The position numbers and the translations under genes are program-made. A stretch of DNA of 64,000 bases, from positions 2,646 to 66,645 of the IMG/VR virus record IMGVR_UViG_3300030099_001508; one strand, 5' to 3'. Under the pieces are notes generated by a model, which worked only from the letters and a program-made list of their open reading frames with translations, ran no database searches and was not told where the DNA came from. Below are positions 48,994 to 58,293 of the stretch, piece by piece. This DNA comes from a virus. Every line of letters starts with the position of its first letter. Within the stretch, counting starts at the first letter, position 1.

Positions 48994-49329
48994 TTACTTC
49001 TTTTTATCTACATATGCGTTTGCACCAAAATAAGCTGCAACTAATGCTGAGATTGCAACAAAGTATGTTGGTGCAATATCACCTATAATTTTTGCAGTAT
49101 TTTCATATCCTAACATTGATGTAATTAAAATTCCTGCTGGATATAGTAACATACCCATTAATGCAAACCATGTCATTTTACGCATAGCATCTCTACGAGC
49201 ATCAGCGTCTTCAAGTTCTTTTCTTTTAAATTCCAAATCCATCTCCATTTCTTCTTTTGAAATGTGACCATCACCATTAGTATCTCTCTTTGCGACCTCT
49301 GGGTCAACAGTTTTTACTGTTTCGGTCAT
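48994..49329 (-). CDS. EF-hand plus two-TM membrane protein
   Basis: DTNGDGHISKEE loop; two hydrophobic helices. Confidence 0.7.
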   Translation of the reverse strand: MTETVKTVDPEVAKRDTNGDGHISKEEMEMDLEFKRKELEDADARRDAMRKMTWFALMGMLLYPAGILITSMLGYENTAKIIGDIAPTYFVAISALVAAYFGANAYVDKKK

Positions 49330-49520
49330 TTATACTTCCTCTCTTGTTCTTTTAGTCTCTGGTTCTCTTCTTCTATGTAGTTTTTTAACATTCCAACATA
49401 GATTTCCCTTTCCCATGGCATCATATTATCTAGTTCAGTTAAACTCCACTTATAATGGTTACTCATACTAAAATTAGTCTTGTAATATGATGCAAGACTA
49501 TCATGCGAAAGGCCTACCCT
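49326..49520 (-). CDS. gp51: gp51-like baseplate hub assembly protein; reading frame lacks an N-terminal start codon
   Basis: Hand translation RVGLSHDSLASYYKTNFSMSNHYKWSLTELDNMMPWEREIYVGMLKNYIEEEN...; -1 frame relative to gp26. Confidence 0.8.
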   Translation of the reverse strand, partial: RVGLSHDSLASYYKTNFSMSNHYKWSLTELDNMMPWEREIYVGMLKNYIEEENQRLKEQERKYK

Positions 49521-50218
49521 AAAAAACTTTGCATACCTTCCAGATGCACTTTATTAACATGACCAGTATTAGGATTTTTAACTTCTATAGTATGTCTTAG
49601 TTTAGGCATAGTATCAAAGAACCCTTGTACTTCCTCAAATTGTTCTGTAGTCATTTGTTCAACAAACTCTTGCAACTCTTGTTGATTCATCTCATCATAA
49701 ACTTGATTTTCATCAAAAATATTTACTAGACAATCTTGAATTACACCAAATGTGGTATCAACAGCACTCACACCATCTTGACCATATTTTGCAATATCTT
49801 TCAATGATGGGTATTTAAATGTCATACCAATCTTATCTGTTATCATAATCTCTTTTTTGTGATTAGGTAACTCAGAGACTTTAATTTCTCCTAAGTCAAT
49901 TTTCACTGGAACTTTTGTTACATTATCATCTTGACATAACATTTCCAATTCAATTTCACTACCAACAGACACAGCTCTTAGTTGCAGAAACATATACTCA
50001 ATATCAAAGGTAGGCATTTTTTCTACCTCTTTTATGTTTTCACAACAAGACTCAATAAGGTCACACATAGCATTAGCCATCATATTTGGGTCTTTTGACT
50101 CTTGTGCAATCATTAATATCTTTTGTTCTTTTACTAAGAACGGTCTAAATTTCACGGTTTCACCAGTTGATGGAACTTTCATTTCATAACTTGGTGCATT
50201 AAGTTTAGGCAACGCCAT
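49514..50218 (-). CDS. gp26: baseplate hub assembly chaperone
   Basis: MALPKL..P.Y, FRPFLVKEQKIL, FDIEYMFLQLRAVSVG, FFDTMPKL. Confidence 0.9.
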   Translation of the reverse strand: MALPKLNAPSYEMKVPSTGETVKFRPFLVKEQKILMIAQESKDPNMMANAMCDLIESCCENIKEVEKMPTFDIEYMFLQLRAVSVGSEIELEMLCQDDNVTKVPVKIDLGEIKVSELPNHKKEIMITDKIGMTFKYPSLKDIAKYGQDGVSAVDTTFGVIQDCLVNIFDENQVYDEMNQQELQEFVEQMTTEQFEEVQGFFDTMPKLRHTIEVKNPNTGHVNKVHLEGMQSFLG

Positions 50219-50240
50219 AATTTATTCTCCTATCTAATAA

Positions 50241-50996
50241 TTAAAATCCACCGAATCTTCCAGTTAATTTACTAATCACTGGAGGCAACCTAGTTTGTAC
50301 ATTTTTAAGAATTGAATTTTTCAATATGTCTTGTAACGTACTTTCAAGAGCTGCCTTTTTAGGTTCAGTTGCAATATTTCTCCAATATCTATATGCAAAC
50401 TCAACCGATACCTTGTTAATGGTATTACTACTCCCATGACCATATGCAATTGCAGCTACGGTCTTAGGAAATACTTCTTCTAACTTACATCCATAAGTTC
50501 TTTCGTCTTGTTCGTTTAGTTGATAAATTTCAACTGAACCAACATACTCTTTATAATAATTAATATTGTATGTATCTGGATTATATGTAATCTTTTGCCA
50601 GTCCTCAAAGAAATATCTTTCTGCAAGGTCAGAACCACAATAGAAAGTTGCTTCTACTGGTGCAAATGTTTGACCTTGTACAATTTCATGAGGAGGCCCA
50701 TATATGTTACCATTCATCTGTGTTCGTAAATTTCTGCCTGGGATAGATATAGAATCACAACGAAATGAAATACGTCTTGCAGCTTCACCATGTAAATTTG
50801 CTAAAACATTAGCAGACATTGCAGTTTCACCAGCATCTTGAAACGAACCATTTGTTACACCAGATGGTAATAGAATAACTACTTCATAACGATTTGCTTT
50901 TGCATATCCATCCCTAGATGCGTTATGTTGTAAGAACGCATTTAGTCCACCAAAGACTGCACCACCAAGAACATTTGAAAAGTTAAATCTTGCCAT
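50241..50996 (-). CDS. tail-tube-fold protein (gp54/gp19-like)
   Basis: AKANRYEV, CDSISIPGRNL, FEDWQ, LEEVFPK, VEFAYRYW. Confidence 0.75.
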   Translation of the reverse strand: MARFNFSNVLGGAVFGGLNAFLQHNASRDGYAKANRYEVVILLPSGVTNGSFQDAGETAMSANVLANLHGEAARRISFRCDSISIPGRNLRTQMNGNIYGPPHEIVQGQTFAPVEATFYCGSDLAERYFFEDWQKITYNPDTYNINYYKEYVGSVEIYQLNEQDERTYGCKLEEVFPKTVAAIAYGHGSSNTINKVSVEFAYRYWRNIATEPKKAALESTLQDILKNSILKNVQTRLPPVISKLTGRFGGF

Positions 50997-51517
50997 TAAA
51001 TCATCTTCCTTGAGTCACCCCAAATTTTGTTTTCACCAGCTTTCTTAAATCGTTGTACTGGTAACATAATTGCAGTAAGATTATCTTCACTATCAATCTT
51101 TCTAAACATAGACCTTGCATATCCAAACAAATATCTTTTTATAGTTGGTTTTGTTAATCTACTATTTTCTACTGCACCTACGTCTAATTTATCTTGTCCA
51201 GCTGCATCCAAAAGTCTTGCTCTCAACGCATACGGTAGATAATGAAAGTTCAATCCATAGAACCCACCCTCTGCTGACTTCAAGTACATCACCAATGGAA
51301 ATGTATCATAATATGGTAACTTCTTTGCAAACTTTGGTGCATAGACAAACATATTTAGGTGTTTGGGGTGAGGTGTTTTGTTTAGTTTACCAGAACGTAA
51401 TAACTCTGGAACAGAAGGTGTTCCAAGTTCTTTAATACGGTTACGATACCAAGTATATGGTTCGTTACCAGTTTTAATCTGTGCTGAGATTTTATCAAAA
51501 TAAGTTTCTTCTGCCAT
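50996..51517 (-). CDS. gp2: DNA end protector
   Basis: MFVYAPK..KLPYYDTFPL, GLNFHYLP. Confidence 0.88.
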   Translation of the reverse strand: MAEETYFDKISAQIKTGNEPYTWYRNRIKELGTPSVPELLRSGKLNKTPHPKHLNMFVYAPKFAKKLPYYDTFPLVMYLKSAEGGFYGLNFHYLPYALRARLLDAAGQDKLDVGAVENSRLTKPTIKRYLFGYARSMFRKIDSEDNLTAIMLPVQRFKKAGENKIWGDSRKMI

Positions 51518-51837
51518 CAATACCATCCCATAGCCATTTTAGTTTCTTCAGGCACCATGTCCATACTAAATGGTGGTGAAAATGTGCAGTTTGCAATAGA
51601 TTCTTTTATACCGTCTACCATTCCTGCTTTCTGTATATCTTGATTTATTTCATCTGCCATTGGACAAAATGCACTTGTAAGTGTGTGTGTTATTTTCACT
51701 ACGGTGTTATCTTCTAATATTTCTATATCATATATTAACCCTAGATGTATAACAGAAATACTAGGCATTTCTGGGTCATAAACTTGTTCTAAGTTTTTTA
51801 CCACAGCTGACATAATTCTGTTTCTTTCTTCATTCAT
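51517..51837 (-). CDS. SufT/PaaD-like DUF59 Fe-S maturation protein
   Basis: VYDPEMP..V.HLGLIYDI...TLTSAFCP...PPFS. Confidence 0.88.
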   Translation of the reverse strand: MNEERNRIMSAVVKNLEQVYDPEMPSISVIHLGLIYDIEILEDNTVVKITHTLTSAFCPMADEINQDIQKAGMVDGIKESIANCTFSPPFSMDMVPEETKMAMGWY

Positions 51838-51961
51838 CTGTTTTACACCTACAATCTTGACCACCACAACTTCCTTTAAGTGGTTTATGCATGAGTAGTC
51901 CTACTGACATTACTGCAACAAATAGAATAGTTATTGTTAATGTAATTGCAAATTCTAACAT
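51830..51961 (-). CDS. 43-aa NqrM-like membrane peptide (not in ORF track)
   Basis: MLEFAITLTITILFVAVMSVGLLMHKPLKGSCGGQDCRCKTDE: TM plus KGSCGG plus CxC. Confidence 0.65.
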   Translation of the reverse strand: MLEFAITLTITILFVAVMSVGLLMHKPLKGSCGGQDCRCKTDE

Positions 51962-51966
51962 ATGTA

Positions 51967-51974
51967 TATTTATA
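51967..51974 (-). promoter_or_regulatory. T4 late promoter
   Basis: TATAAATA on the minus strand. Confidence 0.65.
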
Positions 51975-52404
51975 TACCTAACTCATCTTCTGTGATAATG
52001 ATAAACTCCATATTTCTATCTTTACAATACTCTATTGCATTTTTCCACTTTGCATCATTGATTGCATATGTACGCACCTCATTTATATAATTTTTGGTTT
52101 TGCGTTTGGGAGTTCTGGGAGGTCTGGTCTGTGCTTTAGGTTTAACCTCTACCACCCACTTTTTTAGTGTGCCTTGTTTGGTTCTTACTTTGACATAGAA
52201 GTCTGGAAAATATCTATGTATCTTACCATCTAATGGTGAACGGTAAGGTATAAAGAACTCTTCAGAGCCCCATTCAATTATCTTTTCATTACGGTCACAA
52301 TACACCATGAACTTTCTTTCCCACAAACTTCTATAAATAATATTAGAGGGGTCACCTTTATACTTTTTTGGATATGTTGGTATATATCTTCCACGGTATG
52401 CCAT
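51970..52404 (-). CDS. gp4: head completion nuclease
   Basis: KYKGDP..IIYRSLWERKFM..CD, WGSEE, HRYFPDF, VEVKP. Confidence 0.93.
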   Translation of the reverse strand: MAYRGRYIPTYPKKYKGDPSNIIYRSLWERKFMVYCDRNEKIIEWGSEEFFIPYRSPLDGKIHRYFPDFYVKVRTKQGTLKKWVVEVKPKAQTRPPRTPKRKTKNYINEVRTYAINDAKWKNAIEYCKDRNMEFIIITEDELGI

Positions 52405-52413
52405 GATTATTCA

Positions 52414-52444
52414 CCTAAATAGTATGTAACTAAGGATATTTATA
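52414..52444. promoter_or_regulatory. divergent late promoters between gp4 and gp48
   Basis: CCTAAATA on + and TATAAATA on - (52437-52444). Confidence 0.6.
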
Positions 52445-52447
52445 AAG

Positions 52448-53512
52448 ATGGTTAGAGGTTTCTTAAACGAGATAAAAAACACTGCAATTAATCGTGCAAC
52501 TAATAAACTTAACAATATGATTTCTGATGCGTTAGGTGGTGGACGTACAACTAACCCAGGCGGTAGAGGTGTTGTTGACAGAAGTCAATATGCAACACTA
52601 AAACCGTTTAAAGGTAAACATATTGCTTATCCAGAGGACTTGGGTTCTAATGAACAAGGACACTATGTTGTATTTCATATTAATGAACAAGAAAATGCAA
52701 ATGTAAAATTTAGTCAAGGTAGAAATTTAAAGAAAGCATCTAAGTATAGTGGTAATGAATTTGACGATTTTCATCAACCAGAAAAAACAAGCATTAGTGT
52801 ACCAAAAGCTGCAACTAAAAGACTGGAAGCTTCTATTGCAATGTATATGCCTGCAACTGTAGGTGTTCAACAAGCATCAACATATGGTGAGGTAGAAATG
52901 GGTGCGTTTGCAACCATGGCTGCAAACCTTTATAAAAAAAGTGGAGATGAGGGTGTATTTAATAAAGCATTTGGAAAGGCAGTATTAGAAGAAGCAGGAA
53001 GAGCTGCATCTGATACTGCTGAGACAGCATTAAAAGCAGCTGCAGATACACTCGCATCTGGAGCAAAAGGTGCAATTGAACTTGCATCTGGTAAGGTTAC
53101 AAATAATAGACTTGAGATGGTATTCCAAGGTATTGGTAGACGGTCATTTAGTTATTCATTCAAAATGATGCCTAAATCAGAAGCAGAAGCAAATACAGTG
53201 GATGAAATAGTTAGAATGTTTAGATTTTATATGGCACCTAGTTTTGATGGTGACATTAGTAGTTCTAGAACTATGATTGTTCCTGCTACATTTGATATTA
53301 CATATATGCATATGAATAAAGAGAATAGTTTTCTTAATAAAATATCAACTTGTGTTTTAGAAAGTGCAAATGTCACATATGGTGGTGAAAGGGTACAATT
53401 CTTTAGACCACATTCAGATGGTAGTGGAGCTCCACCAGTAGAAACAAGTATAGAGTTACAATTTAAAGAACTGGAACTTATTACCAGAGAAAAACTTGCG
53501 TTAGGATTCTAA
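52448..53512 (+). CDS. gp48: baseplate tail-tube cap
   Basis: YPEDL, IAMYMP, F.G..RRSFSYSFKMMPKSEAEA, LQFKELE. Confidence 0.85.
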   Translation: MVRGFLNEIKNTAINRATNKLNNMISDALGGGRTTNPGGRGVVDRSQYATLKPFKGKHIAYPEDLGSNEQGHYVVFHINEQENANVKFSQGRNLKKASKYSGNEFDDFHQPEKTSISVPKAATKRLEASIAMYMPATVGVQQASTYGEVEMGAFATMAANLYKKSGDEGVFNKAFGKAVLEEAGRAASDTAETALKAAADTLASGAKGAIELASGKVTNNRLEMVFQGIGRRSFSYSFKMMPKSEAEANTVDEIVRMFRFYMAPSFDGDISSSRTMIVPATFDITYMHMNKENSFLNKISTCVLESANVTYGGERVQFFRPHSDGSGAPPVETSIELQFKELELITREKLALGF

Positions 53513-53513
53513 T

Positions 53514-54041
53514 ATGACATATTTTGATATGTTTCCAAATATTTATTACAGTGCAAAAGGTGATGGTAAATATACTATCATGAAAGACATCATGTCTAGA
53601 GTAAAGTTGGTTGCTGGTGTAAAAGAAAACATTTTAGGGTTTGATTATTATGATGTGCAAGATGGTGAAACACCAGAGATGATTGCACACAAATATTACG
53701 GTGACATAAATTTACACTGGACTATTTTAGTTGCAAATGATATTGTTGATTATTATGAAGATTGGCCTATGAGTGTACAAAGATTTGAAGAGTTTGTAAA
53801 AGAGAAGTACGACAATCCAGGCGCAATACATCATTATGAGATTACACAAACATCTGGAGATACCACAATTACTATTGATGTTGGTATGAATACAACAGAA
53901 TATCCATCTGCAACTGCAATATCAAACTATCAGTATGAAGATAAATTGCAAGAAAAGAAAAGACAAATTAGGCTTATCTCGACTCGTCATATTGATGGGT
54001 TTGTAAAAGAGTTTGAAAGTAAAATGCGTGAGGCATCTTAA
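53514..54041 (+). CDS. gp53: baseplate wedge subunit
   Basis: YF..FP...DGETPEMIAHKYYG...WTIL..N...WP...HHYE. Confidence 0.9.
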   Translation: MTYFDMFPNIYYSAKGDGKYTIMKDIMSRVKLVAGVKENILGFDYYDVQDGETPEMIAHKYYGDINLHWTILVANDIVDYYEDWPMSVQRFEEFVKEKYDNPGAIHHYEITQTSGDTTITIDVGMNTTEYPSATAISNYQYEDKLQEKKRQIRLISTRHIDGFVKEFESKMREAS

Positions 54042-55489
54042 TGGTTGCAAAATCCGATTTACAATTTGCTGGTGAATTTTTAGTTGAAGAGTGTCAGATT
54101 GTATCTACAACTGGTCAAGTATACGATATTAATTCTCTAGTAGAAGAGATAAATGTTTTTGAAAACATTTATACAGCTGCAGTTAGTGGTGATATCGTTA
54201 TTAAAGATACGACAAATATTGTACAAAATTTTCCCATTATTGGTGAAGAAAAACTAATTCTAAAGATACAAACACCACAAGCAAAACCAGAACCAGAAAC
54301 TACAATTGATTTTACATTATCACCACTAATTATTTACAAAATTAACTCGCAATATGGTGAGGGAGAAAATGCACAGATTATCTCTTTACAATTTGGTTCT
54401 ATGGAAGGATTTAGAAATACTACCTCTAGAGTATCTCAATCCTATAGTGGTCAACCAAATGAAATCGTGGAGAAAATTTTAAGAGATGAAAATTACTTAA
54501 AGAGTAAAAAGACTTTTTACTTTGAACCAACAGCAAATAATGCAAAAATTATATTTCCTAACATTAGACCATTTAAATGTATAAAACATTTATCAAACAT
54601 ATCAAACTCACAGTTAAATAATGCATCACCATCATATCTTTTTTATGAAACCACTAAAGGATTTCATTTTAGAACATATGATAGTATGTGTAGAGAAGAC
54701 CCAAAGTTATTTCTCAAAGAAAATGTTGGAGCCTCACTAAATGAAAAGGGTGTGATAGATGCACAAAAGAATCTAGACACACTTATAAACTATCAAAGAG
54801 TATCATCAAAAGACACTGTAAAAAATCTTAATAGTGGAATGATTAGTTCAAAACTAATTAAACATGATGTATATCATAAAAGACTTGACTTATATAAATA
54901 TAATTACCTAGATAATTTTGATAGGGATATTCATCCAGATAATGGGGAGGCCACTCCAATCATCTCAACTGCAAAAGACCCAGATACAAATAAATCATTA
55001 ATTGATAACGAAGATACTAAATTATTTGTGGTATCTACTGCGTCTGGATACTCTTTTGAAGAAAGTGGTAACTACCCATATCAAAGTGATAATCTAGAAC
55101 AAACACTCCAGAGAAAAACTGCAAGAAGACAACAGTTTGAAAACGGTCATATTCTAAACATAGAAGTGAATGGTCAGACATTTATTCAAGCTGGAGATAA
55201 AATTAATCTAGAAATTGGTGCGACTAGTGCTCTCACCCAAGACAAAGAAGACAAACAAATAAGTGGTAATTATATAATTACACATTTAAGACACACATTT
55301 ACAAAATCACAACAACTCAAACACAAAATTGTTATGCAAGTTGCAAAAGATTCTGGTAAGTCTAATGTGTTACCAAGTGATGGAATACCACAAAACAATC
55401 AACTAGGCCCAGATAGAAATCACTCTAAATCAATTGATGTATCGGCAGGACATTCTGTTGACCAAGGGTATGTTGATGGTGTAATATAA
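54041..55489 (+). CDS. baseplate hub/tail protein (gp27-like)
   Basis: Follows gp53; FPIIGEE, YLFYET..GFHF, SGNYIITHLRH. Confidence 0.7.
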   Translation: MVAKSDLQFAGEFLVEECQIVSTTGQVYDINSLVEEINVFENIYTAAVSGDIVIKDTTNIVQNFPIIGEEKLILKIQTPQAKPEPETTIDFTLSPLIIYKINSQYGEGENAQIISLQFGSMEGFRNTTSRVSQSYSGQPNEIVEKILRDENYLKSKKTFYFEPTANNAKIIFPNIRPFKCIKHLSNISNSQLNNASPSYLFYETTKGFHFRTYDSMCREDPKLFLKENVGASLNEKGVIDAQKNLDTLINYQRVSSKDTVKNLNSGMISSKLIKHDVYHKRLDLYKYNYLDNFDRDIHPDNGEATPIISTAKDPDTNKSLIDNEDTKLFVVSTASGYSFEESGNYPYQSDNLEQTLQRKTARRQQFENGHILNIEVNGQTFIQAGDKINLEIGATSALTQDKEDKQISGNYIITHLRHTFTKSQQLKHKIVMQVAKDSGKSNVLPSDGIPQNNQLGPDRNHSKSIDVSAGHSVDQGYVDGVI

Positions 55490-55670
55490 AGGAGAAAGTA
55501 ACAACAATTTATATCATGTTCAACAACTAGTTTAAGAGGGAACAAAATGACAAATAAAGCAAAACTGAAAATGAGAAAATTTACAAACCTACAGAGACAA
55601 GAGAGAAGAATTGAACCCATGAAACCAGAGGAAACTAAATACATACAAGAGTTGTTACAAAGGATTAATA

Positions 55671-56441
55671 ATGAAAACATTTCACCAACTACAAGAGGGA
55701 GTTTACGACCCCAACATATTTAACGCAATCTTTCTCGCTGGTGGCCCAGGCAGTGGTAAGTCCTACGTTGTGAGGAAAACCACTGGTGGTCTTGGAATGA
55801 AGATTGTTAACTCTGACGATATCTATGAAAAAGACCTAGAAAGAGCTGGTCTGGACATTGGTAAACCAGAGGATATTTTTTCAGATGAAGGTCAAGCGAT
55901 ACGTCTACGGTCAAAAGCAAAAACAAAAGCAAGACAAGGTTTATGGGTTGATGGTAGACTTGGTATTATCATTGACGGTACTGGTAAAGATGTTGCAAAG
56001 ATTAGTAGACAGAAAGCACTGTTAGACCAACTTGGTTATCAGTGTGCAATGATTTTTGCAAACACCTCACTGGAAGTTGCACAGATACGAAATAAAGAAA
56101 GAGCAAGAACTCTACCAGAGAAATCTGTAGAACAAATGTGGAATGGTGTACAAAGAAATATTGGTGCATTTCAACAGTTGTTTGGTTCAAAATACTTTAT
56201 CATAGTAGATAACAATGAAGCTGGTGAGGATATATTCCAGAAAGTGTATAAACGTATTCGTGGTCTAGTTACAAAGAAACCTACCAAACCACAAGCAAAA
56301 AGATGGATTGCAAACGAACTTATTAAAAAGAGATTGGGTAAAGACAAGATTGCAAGTAAACCAAAAGGCCCAGAAGTTCAAAGAAAAATTGCACAAAGGG
56401 GTAAGGTTAAAGCTATTCCAGTTGCAACTCCAGGCAGATAA
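55671..56441 (+). CDS. P-loop kinase, zeta-toxin/AAA_33-like, with IP-like leader
   Basis: FLAGGPGSGKS, VNSDD, IIDGTG, RNKERAR lid; N-term MKTFHQLQE. Confidence 0.8.
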   Translation: MKTFHQLQEGVYDPNIFNAIFLAGGPGSGKSYVVRKTTGGLGMKIVNSDDIYEKDLERAGLDIGKPEDIFSDEGQAIRLRSKAKTKARQGLWVDGRLGIIIDGTGKDVAKISRQKALLDQLGYQCAMIFANTSLEVAQIRNKERARTLPEKSVEQMWNGVQRNIGAFQQLFGSKYFIIVDNNEAGEDIFQKVYKRIRGLVTKKPTKPQAKRWIANELIKKRLGKDKIASKPKGPEVQRKIAQRGKVKAIPVATPGR

Positions 56442-56497
56442 AAAAGCGAATCACTTGTTGTTTTTATAACAAACTTCAAAATATCACATAAAATCTC

Positions 56498-56531
56498 ACC
56501 CTCGTAAGTCTTTGATTTACGAGGGTTTTTT
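56498..56531 (+). terminator. intrinsic terminator
   Basis: ACCCTCGTAAGTC-TTT-GATTTACGAGGGT followed by T run. Confidence 0.8.
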
Positions 56532-56548
56532 ACGTTTGAAAATAAAAC

Positions 56549-56580
56549 TTGACTTTGCTATAGGAAGTGTGTATTATAAT
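56549..56580 (+). promoter_or_regulatory. sigma70-type early promoter
   Basis: TTGACT-N17-TATTAT (overlapping TATAAT). Confidence 0.7.
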
Positions 56581-56607
56581 AGTATAGTCAAGAGAAAGAG
56601 AGAAAAC

Positions 56608-56847
56608 ATGACAGAGACAATTTTCATTGATGCAATCGAAGGTGCGAAAGTCGCCGTGTTCAAAGGTGCTGGTAATATGATTGGTACTGCAAAAGACGCT
56701 AAGATGCTTGCATACATTCTAGATACTCACAAAATCTTTGGTGAGGTTATGTTCTGTAGCACTATGGATTTTGCAACCGAAGCTGGTTTCGCAGATGACG
56801 GTGATGCAAGAAAGTTATTCGATAACGCAGTTGCAATGAGAGGTTAA
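56608..56847 (+). CDS. early hypothetical protein
   Basis: GAGAAAGAGAG RBS before MTETIF; STMDFATEAGF. Confidence 0.65.
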   Translation: MTETIFIDAIEGAKVAVFKGAGNMIGTAKDAKMLAYILDTHKIFGEVMFCSTMDFATEAGFADDGDARKLFDNAVAMRG

Positions 56848-56849
56848 TA

Positions 56850-57536
56850 ATGACATTCACTAATTCAACAGATGCATATCAGGCTGCAAGTAAAATCATG
56901 TCTCATGAGTATGCAAACAAATATGCAAACTATTGGTCTAAGAAAAACAAGACTATCAAGTCTGGTAAAGCAAACTTCAAAGACTCTGGTAGACAGAAGA
57001 CCTACAATGCAGAGTTCAAAGCAATACGAGAATATAAAAACATTACTCTTGAAGAGTCTAAAAGAGGTGTAGACGAAGATAAACGAAGAGCACAGTTCAA
57101 GACTCTGAATTGGAAAGAGACAGTAAAATACTGTAAGAAGATTGCAAAGTCTAAGACCTACAAGAAGTTGTGTGAAAACACGATTGGTTCTAGTGTAGGT
57201 AAACTCAATGTATCAATTGAGAAGGCAAACTTTCGTCATGCAACTGCTGGTCAAGCGACTTGGTACGGTGCAATCCGATTGAAAGAGAACAACTGTCCTT
57301 ACACAATCATTCATGAGTTCGCACATTTGTGTGGTAATATGCATCATGACATTGGTTTCCGTAGGGATGTAATCAAACTTGCATCAGTGTTTATTGGTAA
57401 AGAGTTTGGTAATCAGTTGAAGAAAGAGTTTAAAGATGCAAAACTCAAGATAACCACTGGCTCACATATCATGTCGCCTGAACAATGGATTGCATCAGTG
57501 ATGCGAATGGAAAAAATTAGAGAGAGGAATTCATAA
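56850..57536 (+). CDS. HExxH metalloprotease-like protein
   Basis: IIHEFAHL...HHDIGF. Confidence 0.7.
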   Translation: MTFTNSTDAYQAASKIMSHEYANKYANYWSKKNKTIKSGKANFKDSGRQKTYNAEFKAIREYKNITLEESKRGVDEDKRRAQFKTLNWKETVKYCKKIAKSKTYKKLCENTIGSSVGKLNVSIEKANFRHATAGQATWYGAIRLKENNCPYTIIHEFAHLCGNMHHDIGFRRDVIKLASVFIGKEFGNQLKKEFKDAKLKITTGSHIMSPEQWIASVMRMEKIRERNS

Positions 57537-57711
57537 TGGAAATTAAGAAACTAGAATCACTATTAGAAAAACTAACAGAACTGCATGATGAAGCCATAGA
57601 ACTTGGTGATGGTGATACCGCTCATGCGATTAGTGTTGCAGAAGATACACTAATAAACACGATTAAATTTGAAAAGGTTCAAGAAAAACCACATTGGAAG
57701 GAGAAATATTA

Positions 57712-57888
57712 ATGTCCATTACATATGATGTTTTTAATGAATATTTTGGTACTGTAGGTAGATATAAATCATTAGAAGAAGCAGTAAAAGCTGCAAAGAA
57801 AATGGGTGTATACAAATGGGCAATATTCAAACAAGTTGATTATGAAATGCCTGAATTAGTCAAATGGGTATTCCCTAAAAAGAGGTGA
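57712..57888 (+). CDS. small hypothetical protein
   Basis: AGGAG RBS. Confidence 0.5.
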   Translation: MSITYDVFNEYFGTVGRYKSLEEAVKAAKKMGVYKWAIFKQVDYEMPELVKWVFPKKR

Positions 57889-57892
57889 TGTT

Positions 57893-58081
57893 ATGAAAAC
57901 ATTTCTACTAATTACAAGTATCTTGATGACAACTCCAGAGAAAGATTTCTCTGGTGTAGTTGTTGAAGAGTTTAAAAGTAAAACAGAATGTACCATAAGA
58001 CTTGACAAACATAGTGATATTATGGTAGACTTTGGAATAATGAAAGTTGAAATTAAACGCAAATGTGAGGAGAAAAAATGA
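57893..58081 (+). CDS. small hypothetical protein
   Basis: Hydrophobic N-term, FKSKTEC. Confidence 0.5.
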   Translation: MKTFLLITSILMTTPEKDFSGVVVEEFKSKTECTIRLDKHSDIMVDFGIMKVEIKRKCEEKK

Positions 58082-58293
58082 GTAATCAACGCCCAGGCAA
58101 ATGGAAGTCTGCAACACTACGAGATGGTTCTGGTATGCAGACAGTAACCTTTTTTAAAACTGCACGAAAACTTCTTGAGGAATATGGTCATGAAGATGCA
58201 GCTTTCTATTTTGAACAAGTAGAAGAACATCTACGAGGTGGGAAAAGTCTACCGTCTTCTGAAAAAGAAATTGGAAAGGTGTTAGGTGTATGA
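58078..58293 (+). CDS. small hypothetical protein
   Basis: MSNQRPGK...DAAFYFEQ. Confidence 0.6.
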   Translation: MSNQRPGKWKSATLRDGSGMQTVTFFKTARKLLEEYGHEDAAFYFEQVEEHLRGGKSLPSSEKEIGKVLGV

